The translations under genes were made by a program, and so were the position numbers. Shown here in pieces: positions 37,406-47,144 of a stretch of DNA of 64,000 bases. The notes beneath the pieces were generated by a model. The model worked only from the letters and a program-made list of their open reading frames with translations, searched no databases and had not been told where the DNA came from. Source of the stretch: Armatimonadota bacterium (lineage in GTDB: Bacteria; Armatimonadota; SYMT01); the NCBI GenBank assembly GCA_041690135.1, contig JAWLHY010000002.1:880342-944341 (forward strand). The letters are read 5' to 3'. How positions within the stretch are numbered: the first letter of the stretch is position 1; every line of letters starts with the position of its first letter.

Positions 37406-37441
37406 GAACAGGGGAGGCCGGATAGCCGGCCTCCCCTGTTC
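37406..37441. terminator. Strong hairpin between convergent genes (likely bidirectional terminator)
   Basis: GAACAGGGGAGGCCGG-ATAG-CCGGCCTCCCCTGTTC, a 16-bp stem. Confidence 0.75.
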
Positions 37442-37479
37442 CTTTCGAGCCTCTTCGCTTTGGAAGAGTAGACGGCGAT

Positions 37480-40023
37480 CTACTCTTCTTCTTCGATTTC
37501 CTCTTCGGCTTCTACATCCGCATCGGCGTCAGCATCCGCATCCGCATCGGCGCCCATGGCGCTCCCTAGTGCCGACTGGGATTTCTTGGTGCTCCCGGTG
37601 CGCTTCTCCACGCGCTCGATCGTGCGGATCTGGTCGCCTTCGTCCAGCTTCATCACCCGCACGCCTTCCGTGGCCCGGCCGATCGTGCGGATGTCGTCGA
37701 TCGGCATCCGGATGACGATGCCGTTCGCGGTGCTGACCAGAAGGCGGTCGCCGGACCGCACCATCTTGAAGTCCGCCACCGGGCCCGTCTTGTCGGTCAC
37801 CCGCATCGTGATGACGCCCTTGCCGCCGCGGGTCTGCACCGGGTACTCGCTCACGCGGGTGCGCTTGCCGTACCCGCGCAGTCCGACGACCAGCGCGTCG
37901 GCATCCGACTGGACGACTTCCATCCCCACCACCTGGTCCCCCGGCTCGAGGGAGATGCCGCGGACGCCACCCGAGTTGCGGCTGGCGATACGCAGGTTGC
38001 TCTCCGGGAACCGGATCGCCTGGCCCTGCTGGGAGACCATCATGATCTCGTTATCGCCATTGGTAAGGTTGACCCACCGCAGGGAGTCGCCCGGCTCCAG
38101 GTCGAAGGCGTTCAAACCATTGGCCCGCAGGTTCTTGAAGTCTTCCAGCGCCGTGCGCTTGACCTCGCCGAGCTGCGTGCCCATCACGAGATACCCTTCC
38201 TGATCCATCGACGAGATCGGAACCGTGGCCGTGACACGGTCTCCCGGTTCGATGCCGATCAGGTTGATGATGGCCGTGCCCATCGCCGTGCGGCTGGTCT
38301 GCGGCACTTCGTAGGCCTTGAGGCGGTAGACGCGACCGCGGTCCGTGAAGAAAAGGATGTGGTGGTGCGTCGTGGCCACGAACAGGTGCGCGACGTCGTC
38401 CGCCTCGCGCGCCGTGACGCCGATCACCCCGCGCCCGCCGCGCTTCTGCACGCGGTAAGTCTCCGCGCTCACCCGCTTGATGTAGCCGTTGCGGGTGATG
38501 GTGACGATCGTCTCCTCTTCCGGAATCATGTCCTCTTCGCCGATCTGGTCGGCTTCCATGGACACGATGCGGGTGCGGCGGGGCTCGCCGTACTTCTTCT
38601 TGATCTCCCGCAGGTCGTCCTTGATCATACTCAGGACCTTCTGCGGGTCTGCCAGGATACCGCGGAGCGTTTCGATCAGCTCCAGCAGTTCCCGGTATTC
38701 CTGCTCCAGCTTTTCCCGTTCCAGGCCGGTGAGCGCTCGGAGCTGCATGTCCAGGATGTATTGCGCCTGGATCTGGCTGAACTCGAACCGCGCCATGAGG
38801 GCGTCGCGGGCGGCCGCGGGGTTGGGGCTGGCGCGGATGATCGCGATGATCTCGTCGATGACGTCCAGCGCGCGCCGCAGGCCCTCCACGATGTGCATCC
38901 GGGCTTCGGCCTTCTCCAGCTCGAACTGGGTCCGGCGCCGGATGACCTCCTGGCGGTGCTTGACGTAGTACTGCAGGATCTGCGGCAACGAGAGCACGCG
39001 CGGCGCGCCGTCCACCAGCGCCAGCATCAACACGCCGAACGTGCTCCGCAGCGGCGTGTGCTTCAGGATATAGTTCAGCACCTTCTGCGGCTGTACGTCG
39101 CGGCGCAGCTCCACCACCACCCGCATCCCCTCGCGGTTGGTGTAGTCGTTGATGGCCGTGATGCCGTCGATCTTCTTCTGCTTGACCAGCTCCGCCATCT
39201 GCTCCACCAGGCGGGCCTTATTGACCTGGTAGGGGAGCTCGGTGATGACAATGGCATGCTTGCCGTTGTCCATCGGTTCGATGTGGGTCTTGCCCTGCAT
39301 CACCACGCTGCCGCGACCGGTGGTATAAGCGGACCGGATGCCCTTGCTGCCCAGGATCATCCCGTAGGTCGGGAAATCCGGACCGGGCAGGAACTGCATC
39401 AACTCCTCGGCCGTGGCCTGGGGATTCTCGATCAGCGCGATCACGGCGTCGCACAGCTCGCCCAGGTTGTGCGGTGGGATATTGGTGGCCATGCCGACCG
39501 CAATTCCCGAGGCGCCGTTAGCCAGCAGATTCGGAAACCGCGCCGGAAGCACGGTCGGCTCGTTTTCGTCCTGGGTGTAGTTGGGGGTCCAGTCGACCGT
39601 GTTCTTTTCCAGGTCGGCCAGCATCTCCATCGCCAGGGGCGTGAGGCGGCATTCGGTGTACCGCATGGCCGCCGGCGGGTCGCCGTCCACGTTGCCGAAG
39701 TTCCCCTGCGGCAAAACGAGCGGCGCGCGCAGCACGAAATCCTGGGCCATCCGCACCAGGGTCATGTAAAGCGCCGCGTCGCCATGCGGATGGAACCGCT
39801 TCATGGTCTCGCCGACCACGGCCGCGCACTTCTGGAAGCGGGAAGCGGGGGTAAGACCGAGCTCCCGCATTGCATACAGGATTCGCCGCTGGACCGGCTT
39901 CAGCCCGTCCCGGACGTCGGGTAGCGCCCGGGCCACGATCACCGACATGGAGTAAAGCAGGTAAGACTGCTTCATCTCATCGTCGATGTTGATGGGCTCG
40001 AATTGATCTTCGTTAGTAGCCAA
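37480..40023 (-). CDS. gyrA: DNA gyrase subunit A
   Basis: [28 protein letters not shown], GyrA-box QKRGGRG, pinwheel repeats, acidic tail. Confidence 0.97.
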   Translation of the reverse strand: MATNEDQFEPINIDDEMKQSYLLYSMSVIVARALPDVRDGLKPVQRRILYAMRELGLTPASRFQKCAAVVGETMKRFHPHGDAALYMTLVRMAQDFVLRAPLVLPQGNFGNVDGDPPAAMRYTECRLTPLAMEMLADLEKNTVDWTPNYTQDENEPTVLPARFPNLLANGASGIAVGMATNIPPHNLGELCDAVIALIENPQATAEELMQFLPGPDFPTYGMILGSKGIRSAYTTGRGSVVMQGKTHIEPMDNGKHAIVITELPYQVNKARLVEQMAELVKQKKIDGITAINDYTNREGMRVVVELRRDVQPQKVLNYILKHTPLRSTFGVLMLALVDGAPRVLSLPQILQYYVKHRQEVIRRRTQFELEKAEARMHIVEGLRRALDVIDEIIAIIRASPNPAAARDALMARFEFSQIQAQYILDMQLRALTGLEREKLEQEYRELLELIETLRGILADPQKVLSMIKDDLREIKKKYGEPRRTRIVSMEADQIGEEDMIPEEETIVTITRNGYIKRVSAETYRVQKRGGRGVIGVTAREADDVAHLFVATTHHHILFFTDRGRVYRLKAYEVPQTSRTAMGTAIINLIGIEPGDRVTATVPISSMDQEGYLVMGTQLGEVKRTALEDFKNLRANGLNAFDLEPGDSLRWVNLTNGDNEIMMVSQQGQAIRFPESNLRIASRNSGGVRGISLEPGDQVVGMEVVQSDADALVVGLRGYGKRTRVSEYPVQTRGGKGVITMRVTDKTGPVADFKMVRSGDRLLVSTANGIVIRMPIDDIRTIGRATEGVRVMKLDEGDQIRTIERVEKRTGSTKKSQSALGSAMGADADADADADADVEAEEEIEEEE

Positions 40024-40263
40024 AAAGGATACTCCTCAGACAAACAGGTCTGATAGGGTTAACTTTGTCATAGACGGGCAGCAGCCAAAAATGCTGAAGG
40101 ACTATGACGCTAGCTTATAATTCTATCAGACTCAGCAGGGTTTGACCACAAACAGCAAACGTCTATTTGCATCTTCCGCGGTCGGGATTCGAAGAGGAAG
40201 CCCGACGTCCGGCGTGGGCCGGAGCGGAGCGTGTAGCGTTGCGGATTCCCGGTCGGAGGTTCA

Positions 40264-41478
40264 TTGGTGCTCCCCCCCGATTCACAGAATGAGGAGCAAT
40301 CTTCCACTCCCGCGTCACCCGGCGTCCCCACGCTGGTGGAGTGCGCGCTGGAGGGGTTGTCCATGGCCATTGTCGTAGCGGACGTGGCAGGGACGATTCG
40401 TTACCTCAACCGCCGCGCGGCCGCACTCGTGGGTCTCCCATGGGAGCAGTGCCTGGGGCGTCCCCTTGGCGAGTGGCAGGCCGCTCTCCGCGCCGCGTTG
40501 CCGGCGGTGCCGGAAGAGGGTAGCCCCGAAGCGGAAGGGGTCCGGGGCGACAACCATGGATCGGGTGGAATCCGTGTCTGTTCGGCAGAGTTCCCGCACC
40601 GCGTCTTCGAATGGCGCAGTGTCCCTCTGGAATCCGATTCTCCGGAAACCGGAGGCACGCTGGAAACGGTGGAGGAGATCACGTCCGCCGTCCGGCGGGA
40701 AGCCGCCGTCCGGCGGAATGAGCTGCGCCACACCCGCGAGATGGAAGCTCTCCAGGCGCGCGTGGACCTGGCGGAATCGTTCAAAACGGAGTTGACTCAC
40801 AACGTCACCCACGATCTCCGCACGCCGTTGGCCAGCATCAAAGCCGCCGTTTCGGGTCTCCTGGCCGGCGACGTCAGCTACGATCGGGCTACCCTCAGCG
40901 AGACGTTGACCGTCATCGAGGAAGAGACCGACCGTTTGCAGCGCCGTGTCTCCAACCTCCTGTCGATGGCCAAGATGGAATCCGGTGGAGAAACGCTCCA
41001 CCGGGATTGGCTTGACCCGGTGGACGTGGTGGTCTCCGCCCTGGAATCGTTCCGCTCCCTCCAGGGTGACCGCGAGATTCGCCGGGACTTCGCCGCGGAC
41101 CTACCGCTCATCCAGGCGGATTATGACCAGTTGTCGATCGCGATCCGCAATCTCCTCGAGAACGCACTCCTCTACAGCCCGGCCGGGACTCCCATCGACG
41201 TCTCCGTCCGGCATGGGTTGGGCCAGGTGTTGTTTCGCGTTCGAGACTACGGCACGGGCTTGATGCCGGACGAGTTCGAGCGCGTCTTCGACAAGTTCTA
41301 CCGCGGCCGCTCGGCGCGCCGGATTCCCGGAACCGGTCTCGGCCTGCCGATCTGCCGCGGTATCGCGGAGGCCCACGGCGGTCGGTTGTGGGCGGAGCAC
41401 GTCCCGGGCGGCGGGGTAGCGTTCGTCCTCTCGATTCCCGCACCGGATTCCGACCAGGACGTCGTGCAACTCGGCTGA
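40264..41478 (+). CDS. PAS-domain sensor histidine kinase (no adjacent response regulator)
   Basis: PAS (IRYLNRRAAALVG); HDLRTPLASI; NLLENALLY; DYGTG; FDKFYR; GTGLGLPIC. Confidence 0.92.
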   Translation: MVLPPDSQNEEQSSTPASPGVPTLVECALEGLSMAIVVADVAGTIRYLNRRAAALVGLPWEQCLGRPLGEWQAALRAALPAVPEEGSPEAEGVRGDNHGSGGIRVCSAEFPHRVFEWRSVPLESDSPETGGTLETVEEITSAVRREAAVRRNELRHTREMEALQARVDLAESFKTELTHNVTHDLRTPLASIKAAVSGLLAGDVSYDRATLSETLTVIEEETDRLQRRVSNLLSMAKMESGGETLHRDWLDPVDVVVSALESFRSLQGDREIRRDFAADLPLIQADYDQLSIAIRNLLENALLYSPAGTPIDVSVRHGLGQVLFRVRDYGTGLMPDEFERVFDKFYRGRSARRIPGTGLGLPICRGIAEAHGGRLWAEHVPGGGVAFVLSIPAPDSDQDVVQLG

Positions 41479-41937
41479 CCGGCGCGCTTCCTCACTAGCC
41501 CTGGCAAAAAAGGGGTTTCTTCTCCCTCTGGGGAGGGAAACAGTACGGGGAAAGGGAGGGATAGGTCGGGAACGAGCCGTGCAAGCTGCCGTTCTTCCCC
41601 CTTTCCTCCGCTCCCATCCTGTACCGGTCCCGTCGCCTGGCTCCGGGCCACCCATACCTCACCGCGTACGTCATGGACAATCCCGCAAACCGTTGGCAAA
41701 CTCCCGGATGTTTGACGTTTAGGGGGGTGCCCGGTGGGGTAACTTCCAAGCGGGCAGCGAGGTCGTCTTACCTCGGAAGCATCCGGACATGCGCTGGCAT
41801 TCCGGGACTCGTGGCCCTAATCCCACAGCGAGAGCCGGCCTCCCGAGGCTGCCCCCACGGGCGGGTCCGTCGCCTCCGGTGAGCTTTCCACTGATATCCA
41901 GGTTCCACGTTCCACGTTCCAGGAGGACCACACGATC

Positions 41938-42225
41938 ATGGCTGATGAGGAAACCCGCGAAATGACCGTTGCCGAAGCCGGCCGTAAGGGCGGCGAGACG
42001 GTGAAGGAACGCTACGGCAGCGACTTCTACGGTGAGATCGGGCGTAAGGGCGGAAGCACCACGAAGAAGAAGTATGGGCAGCAGCATTACGCCGACATCG
42101 GCCGTCGCGGCGGGCAGACGACGGCCCAGCGCCACGGGCAGGAATTCTACGAAAATATCGGCCGCAAGGGCGGCCAGCGCGTTCGCGAGCTGATCGAGCG
42201 CGGCAAGCAGAACGGCGAGGAATAA
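41938..42225 (+). CDS. KGG-repeat general stress protein (GsiB/YciG-like)
   Basis: MTVAEAGRKGG and repeated YG.EFY.EIGRKGG; AGGAGG RBS. Confidence 0.92.
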   Translation: MADEETREMTVAEAGRKGGETVKERYGSDFYGEIGRKGGSTTKKKYGQQHYADIGRRGGQTTAQRHGQEFYENIGRKGGQRVRELIERGKQNGEE

Positions 42226-42233
42226 AGCCGTCG

Positions 42234-42262
42234 GCGGCGGGGTCATTCCCCGACCCCGCCGC
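42234..42262 (+). terminator. GC-rich hairpin after the KGG gene
   Basis: GCGGCGGGGTC/GACCCCGCCGC stem; weak U-tract. Confidence 0.45.
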
Positions 42263-43003
42263 GGCAATCCTTCCGCCAGCCTTTTCCATCTTTCTCCGGC
42301 GACTGGGATCCGTAGACCGATTCACGAGGCCGCTTCTCACAGCACATCCTCAATTTCGACCTGCGGGCCTGGCCGCCCGGAGAATCCCGTCCTTCACCCC
42401 CTCACCGAACTCAAGATACCGCGCGTACGTGCGTCTGCGAGCGGAGAGTGGGCGGAAGGACGACCAAACAACCTGTAGGTAGTTTGCGTTAATGTGGAAT
42501 TCGCCCCATGCGCGAGAGGGATGGAGGATTTGGCGGATGGTCGGCCGATAATCTATCAGGGAAGGCAAGGGACGGCCGCACCGCTTACCTGTGCCGGGAT
42601 GAAGCCCGCGGTTGTGGGCAAACCGGACAGGGTTGTGTTAAAGTGGGTGTTGAGCGGCTGATTGGCCGTCTTCGTGTGCTGTACCCGGTTCAGTCAAGAA
42701 CGGGCTCGCCACCGCCCCTTTTTCGGGAATTACGCTGCAGGCGGGTGCCTCGGGGTGATACTGATAAGGGATCGGGCGGAAGCGGGCCGGGACAGCGAAC
42801 CGGGGCTCGCGACCTCCAGAACTATCAATCTCAAGCCGGCTTGGCCCCAGGGGCCGGAAGGCGGCGGTTGTATAGACTGGGCCGGTCCGGTTAGGTGAAA
42901 AGAGGCTCGCGGAGTGGAGGCAACGTGGATACTCCCCCGAGCGAGCGGTGATGAGCCTGATCGGAAAGGCTCGACTTCTCACACACAAAACGGAGGAGAA
43001 CCG

Positions 43004-45082
43004 ATGAACAAGAAACTGGCACTGTGGGCAGGTGCCGCCACCATCGGGGCGGCCGCGCTGCTCCCGAGTGCCGCCCAGGCGCAGGAGGGCCGCGGCCCCT
43101 TCGCGGACGTTCCGCAGAGCCACTGGGCGTACGATGCCGTGACGCAGCTTGCGCAGCGCGGCATCTTCACGGGCTATCCGGATAATACGTTCAGCGGCAA
43201 GCGCGCCCTGACTCGTTACGAATTCGCGGTGGCACTGCAGCGGATGCTGCAGGACGTACAGCGGCAGATCGCGGCCATTCCGGCGCCGCGCCAGGGTGAG
43301 CGGGGTCCCGCAGGGCCTGCCGGTCCTCGCGGTCCGCAGGGTGTTCCCGGCGCCGCCGGCGCTCCCGGACCGGTGGGACCTCCCGGACCTCCCGGAGTGG
43401 CTCCGGCTGAACTGGCCGAGCTGCGCCGGCAGAACCAGCTGCTGCGCAATGACGTGAATGCGCTCCAGCGGCTGGCCCAGGAGTTCAGCTCCGAACTGGC
43501 CATGCTGGGGTCCGACGTCGAGGCTCTGAAGAAGAACCTCGCCGCGCTGACCGACCGGGTAGGCCGGCTGGAGACCACGGTCGCCAACCTGCCGAAGATC
43601 ACCGGCGCCGTCAACATCGGCTTCCGCGCTTCCAACGCCACGGCCAGCGGCCAGAACCTGGAAGCCGGCGGCAACACGCCGATTGAAGGCGTGGTGGACC
43701 GCGACGGCCGCCTGCTCAACCCGAGCAGCAGCATCCTGGAGCGGGTCAACGCGTTCTACGACATCGACCTGGGGATTACCGCCAACATCAGCGACGTGGC
43801 CACGGCCCGCCTGCTCCTGAACGCGGGTAACTACCTCCGGGGTTACCTGGGCAACCGCATCTCCCAGGTGAGCCCGTCGATCGACGGCGGCGCCGAAGGG
43901 CTGGACACCTTCCCGAACTTCACGGTGGAAGACGTAGTTCCGTACTACCTCTACATCGAGACGCCGGTGAAGCTGGGTGGCCTGGGCGCCAACCTGACGG
44001 TGGGTAAGTTCGGGCATCAGTTCACGCCCTACACCCTCAAGATGGTCGACGTCGATAGCTACTTCTACAACGACAAGACCGACCTGGGTGACTACCCGAT
44101 CACGGGTGGCCGCGCCAACTTCCGCGCCCTGGGGCTGAACTTCAGCACCTACGCGGGTGTGCACTCCAACGAGTACGCGGCGCTCACCAGCACGGCGGGC
44201 TTCGTGATCCCCGGCTTCTACGCCCCGGATCTCCAGCGCTTCCTGCCGCACGGCGCCAGCAACCCGGCGCTGCTGGGTCTGGGCTCCACCATGCTCGAGC
44301 AGAGCGCGGGTGTCCGGGCGACCTACGTCGGCAAGCGGTTCCAGATCGGTGGGACCTATCTCACCGCCGCCGGTTCCGCCTCGGACGTGCCGGGCGCCCA
44401 GGACCTGTTCCGCCAGCTCTCGGTGTACGGCTTCGACGTGAACTTCACGCCGTTCCGCAACATCGGGGTGTCCGCGGCGGTCACGGAGAGCCAGTGGGAC
44501 GGTCAGGTCGACCAGAACACGCAGAAGCTGTTCGGCATCAACGACAACGAGCGCCGGGCTTACGACTTCCGCGTGCGGCTGCCGCTGGGCAAGGCCCTCG
44601 CCACGGCCTTCTACAAGAAGATCGGCGAAGGGTTCGACGCTCCGGGTAGCTGGGGTCGGATGGGTAACTGGATCAACCCGCGCGGTATCGAGGGCTTCGG
44701 TGGAACGCTCGAGATTCCGATCGGGAACCGCCTGACCCTCGACTTCGAGGGTGCGGACTACAACTACCGCATGCTCCATCGCGTGGCGGGTGTTCCGGGC
44801 AGCGACATCCTCTACCTCCGCGGTGGCGTGCGCTTCCCGCTCACCAGCCGCAACAACGTCGGCATCGGGTACGAGCGGGTCGAGTACGATGCGGATCGCC
44901 CGGGCGGCCTGAACCGGCTGGAGCAGTACTACAACATCGGGTTCGGGCACCAGTTCAGCGCGAACCTGAGCTTCAACCTGCTCTACCAGTTCCTGAACGT
45001 CCACAGCGACGGCATCTTCGAACTGCCGGGCTTCGACTACAAGGCGAACATCATCGCCACGCAGTTCACGGCCCGGTTCTAG
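43004..45082 (+). CDS. SLH-domain / coiled-coil / beta-barrel outer-membrane protein (OmpM/SlpA-like) with a collagen-like insert
   Basis: GGAGG RBS; signal peptide; [16 protein letters not shown]...GIFTGYPD...TRYEFA SLH domain; [13 protein letters not shown] stalk; C-terminal Phe. Confidence 0.9.
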   Translation: MNKKLALWAGAATIGAAALLPSAAQAQEGRGPFADVPQSHWAYDAVTQLAQRGIFTGYPDNTFSGKRALTRYEFAVALQRMLQDVQRQIAAIPAPRQGERGPAGPAGPRGPQGVPGAAGAPGPVGPPGPPGVAPAELAELRRQNQLLRNDVNALQRLAQEFSSELAMLGSDVEALKKNLAALTDRVGRLETTVANLPKITGAVNIGFRASNATASGQNLEAGGNTPIEGVVDRDGRLLNPSSSILERVNAFYDIDLGITANISDVATARLLLNAGNYLRGYLGNRISQVSPSIDGGAEGLDTFPNFTVEDVVPYYLYIETPVKLGGLGANLTVGKFGHQFTPYTLKMVDVDSYFYNDKTDLGDYPITGGRANFRALGLNFSTYAGVHSNEYAALTSTAGFVIPGFYAPDLQRFLPHGASNPALLGLGSTMLEQSAGVRATYVGKRFQIGGTYLTAAGSASDVPGAQDLFRQLSVYGFDVNFTPFRNIGVSAAVTESQWDGQVDQNTQKLFGINDNERRAYDFRVRLPLGKALATAFYKKIGEGFDAPGSWGRMGNWINPRGIEGFGGTLEIPIGNRLTLDFEGADYNYRMLHRVAGVPGSDILYLRGGVRFPLTSRNNVGIGYERVEYDADRPGGLNRLEQYYNIGFGHQFSANLSFNLLYQFLNVHSDGIFELPGFDYKANIIATQFTARF

Positions 45083-45120
45083 AGCTAGCTGCTCGGCAAC
45101 CGACTATCAGATCGGCTGCA

Positions 45121-45153
45121 AAAGTGGCCCCCGGGCAACCGGGGGCCTACTTT
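45121..45153 (+). terminator. Intrinsic terminator after the OmpM-like gene
   Basis: GGCCCCCGG-GCAA-CCGGGGGCC followed by TACTTT. Confidence 0.6.
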
Positions 45154-45214
45154 CGTTCCTAGCCACTCCGGATTCAGGCCGGTCCATTCGTCCGTCGATC
45201 CGTCGGAGCCCAAG

Positions 45215-47107
45215 GTGAAGTATTCCTCCCTCCCGTCCGGTGTTTGCCTCTCCCTGCTGTTGACTGTCCCCGCGGCGGCCCAGGTGCCCGGCGCCGCGGC
45301 GGCCGGTACGCGTCCTCCCGTCCCGCCTCCCGATGCCACTCCCGCCCCCAACGAGCATCTGCGGGGCCTCCTGGCCCTGGACCTCCTGGCGCGGCAGGCA
45401 CCGGAAGCTCTGGTCGATCTGGATGCCTCGTCCGATCCCCATGCCTTTCAGGCGGACGACCTGGCCCCGGACGCGGCGGCAGACGAGCCCTTTCCAACCC
45501 TCGACGGCCCCGATAGCACGGTGAAACTGGCCCAGGCGGCACCGACTCCTACGCCAACCCCTCCTTCGGCTCCGCCTGCCGCCGCGCAGCCGGTCCCACC
45601 GCCGCAGTCCGAGGGAGATCGGGTGCGCATCGTGGCAAACGGCATCACCCTGGAAGGAGACGAGGTCGAATTCAACCCGGACACCGGCCTGTACGTCTTG
45701 ACCGGGAACCCGCGCGCCTTCCGCGGGGAGGATGAGATCCGTGCGGAACGGATGATCCTGAACCCGCGGACCCAGCAGGCAACCGCCGAGGGCGACGTGT
45801 TGATCCGCCAGGGAGGTCAGCAGTTCCGGGCGACCCGTGCGACTTACAATTTCGAGGGGCGCCAGGGTCTGGCGGATAACGTCACCACGGTTTTCGGAAC
45901 CTATTACGTGCGCGCCAACCAGATCGAGTTGAAGCCCGGGCTCCTCTACGAAGGGCGGCGTGTACAGTTCAGCACCTGCCCCCCGGAGCACGGGCACTAC
46001 GGGGTGTACACCCGCGTGCTGGAGGTGAAGCCCGGGGAGACGATCACCGCGCGCAACCTGGGCATCGATGTCTTTGGCCTGCGGCTCTTCACGATTCCGA
46101 AGGTCACCCGCTCGATCCGCGAGGACGAGGAGAACGAACGGCGCGGGCAGGTTTACCCGGCCTTCGGCTACAACAGCTTTACAGGGCCGTACGCCCGCCG
46201 GGAGTTCAACCTGCACCGGGGCGAGGATTACCTCCTGGACGCCGACGTGCGCCTGAACACGTTCAAGCCTCCGTTCGGGGGCCTGTTGTTCGGAACCCCG
46301 GGCAAGCTTCAGGCCATCGGATCCCTCTACTACCGGGACTTCTCAGAGAACCGGTCGGTCCGGAACTTGCAGGTCAGCCGCCTGCCGGAGGTTGGCCTGA
46401 TCTGGAGCCCTCGCGAGCGAGCGCGGCCGGGCGAGCATCTGCCCCACCAGATTTACGGGGTGGGTGGCCGGCAGCAGTCGCAGAATACCGCCTGGATTCC
46501 CGCGGCCGAGGTCTCGGCCGGCTATTTCCGCCAGCATCGGGGCGACCGGATCCTCGAGCGGGACACGCTGAGTAAGAGCGGAGGGCGCATTCGCCTGCAG
46601 GGCCAGGTGGTCAAACCGGTGGTGCGTCTCGGCGGGCTTTCGCTGAACGGGCTTCGCTTTCTCGCCCGGCAAACGTTCTACGACACCGGGCAGCAATTCG
46701 GCGTGATGGGGGTGGGGATCGGCAAGCAGGTGCGCAGCGGGTTGTGGACTTTCCGCGCGGATCGGTTCGAGCAGTGGACGTTCGGCTCGACGCCGTTCCG
46801 GTTCGACGACGTGGAACTGCGGAGCGAGTGGCGCCCCCGGATCGAATACCAGAGTCGCCTCTGGAGCTTCTCCTACACGCTCCGGCTGAACGGCAACAAC
46901 GGAAACGTCTTCGACCAGTGGTTCTCGGTGTCGAAGCTCCACCACTGCTTGCAGCCGCGCCTGACCTATCGCACGCGGGGAACGGATATCCTTTTCGAGA
47001 TCCGGATTCCCGGAATCTCCGGTTTCGGGCGCACGGGCGCCGGCGGCACTTCCACCGTACGGGATACGGAGCCAGGCGCGCCCGTTATACCAACTCAACA
47101 CGATTGA
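45215..47107 (+). CDS. LptD/OstA-like outer-membrane protein
   Basis: Beta-jellyroll-like N-terminus (AEGDVLI, ATYNF, FSTCP...HY); amphipathic beta strands; HCLQPRLTY near the C-terminus. Confidence 0.7.
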   Translation: MKYSSLPSGVCLSLLLTVPAAAQVPGAAAAGTRPPVPPPDATPAPNEHLRGLLALDLLARQAPEALVDLDASSDPHAFQADDLAPDAAADEPFPTLDGPDSTVKLAQAAPTPTPTPPSAPPAAAQPVPPPQSEGDRVRIVANGITLEGDEVEFNPDTGLYVLTGNPRAFRGEDEIRAERMILNPRTQQATAEGDVLIRQGGQQFRATRATYNFEGRQGLADNVTTVFGTYYVRANQIELKPGLLYEGRRVQFSTCPPEHGHYGVYTRVLEVKPGETITARNLGIDVFGLRLFTIPKVTRSIREDEENERRGQVYPAFGYNSFTGPYARREFNLHRGEDYLLDADVRLNTFKPPFGGLLFGTPGKLQAIGSLYYRDFSENRSVRNLQVSRLPEVGLIWSPRERARPGEHLPHQIYGVGGRQQSQNTAWIPAAEVSAGYFRQHRGDRILERDTLSKSGGRIRLQGQVVKPVVRLGGLSLNGLRFLARQTFYDTGQQFGVMGVGIGKQVRSGLWTFRADRFEQWTFGSTPFRFDDVELRSEWRPRIEYQSRLWSFSYTLRLNGNNGNVFDQWFSVSKLHHCLQPRLTYRTRGTDILFEIRIPGISGFGRTGAGGTSTVRDTEPGAPVIPTQHD

Positions 47108-47144
47108 AAGGAACCATCAGGCGAGCTGCCGTGTCCTTCCCTTT

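Noticed and set aside
37480-37560. GCATCC/GCATCG repeats at the gyrA 3' end
   Set aside because: They encode the acidic (AD)n/E-rich tail that is normal for GyrA.
42638-45004. 788-aa minus-strand ORF (likewise 57004..59199, 38359..39924, 24820..26199, 47616..49523, 60458..62200)
   Set aside because: Antisense shadows of well-supported genes, expected from high-GC codon bias. They carry no motifs.
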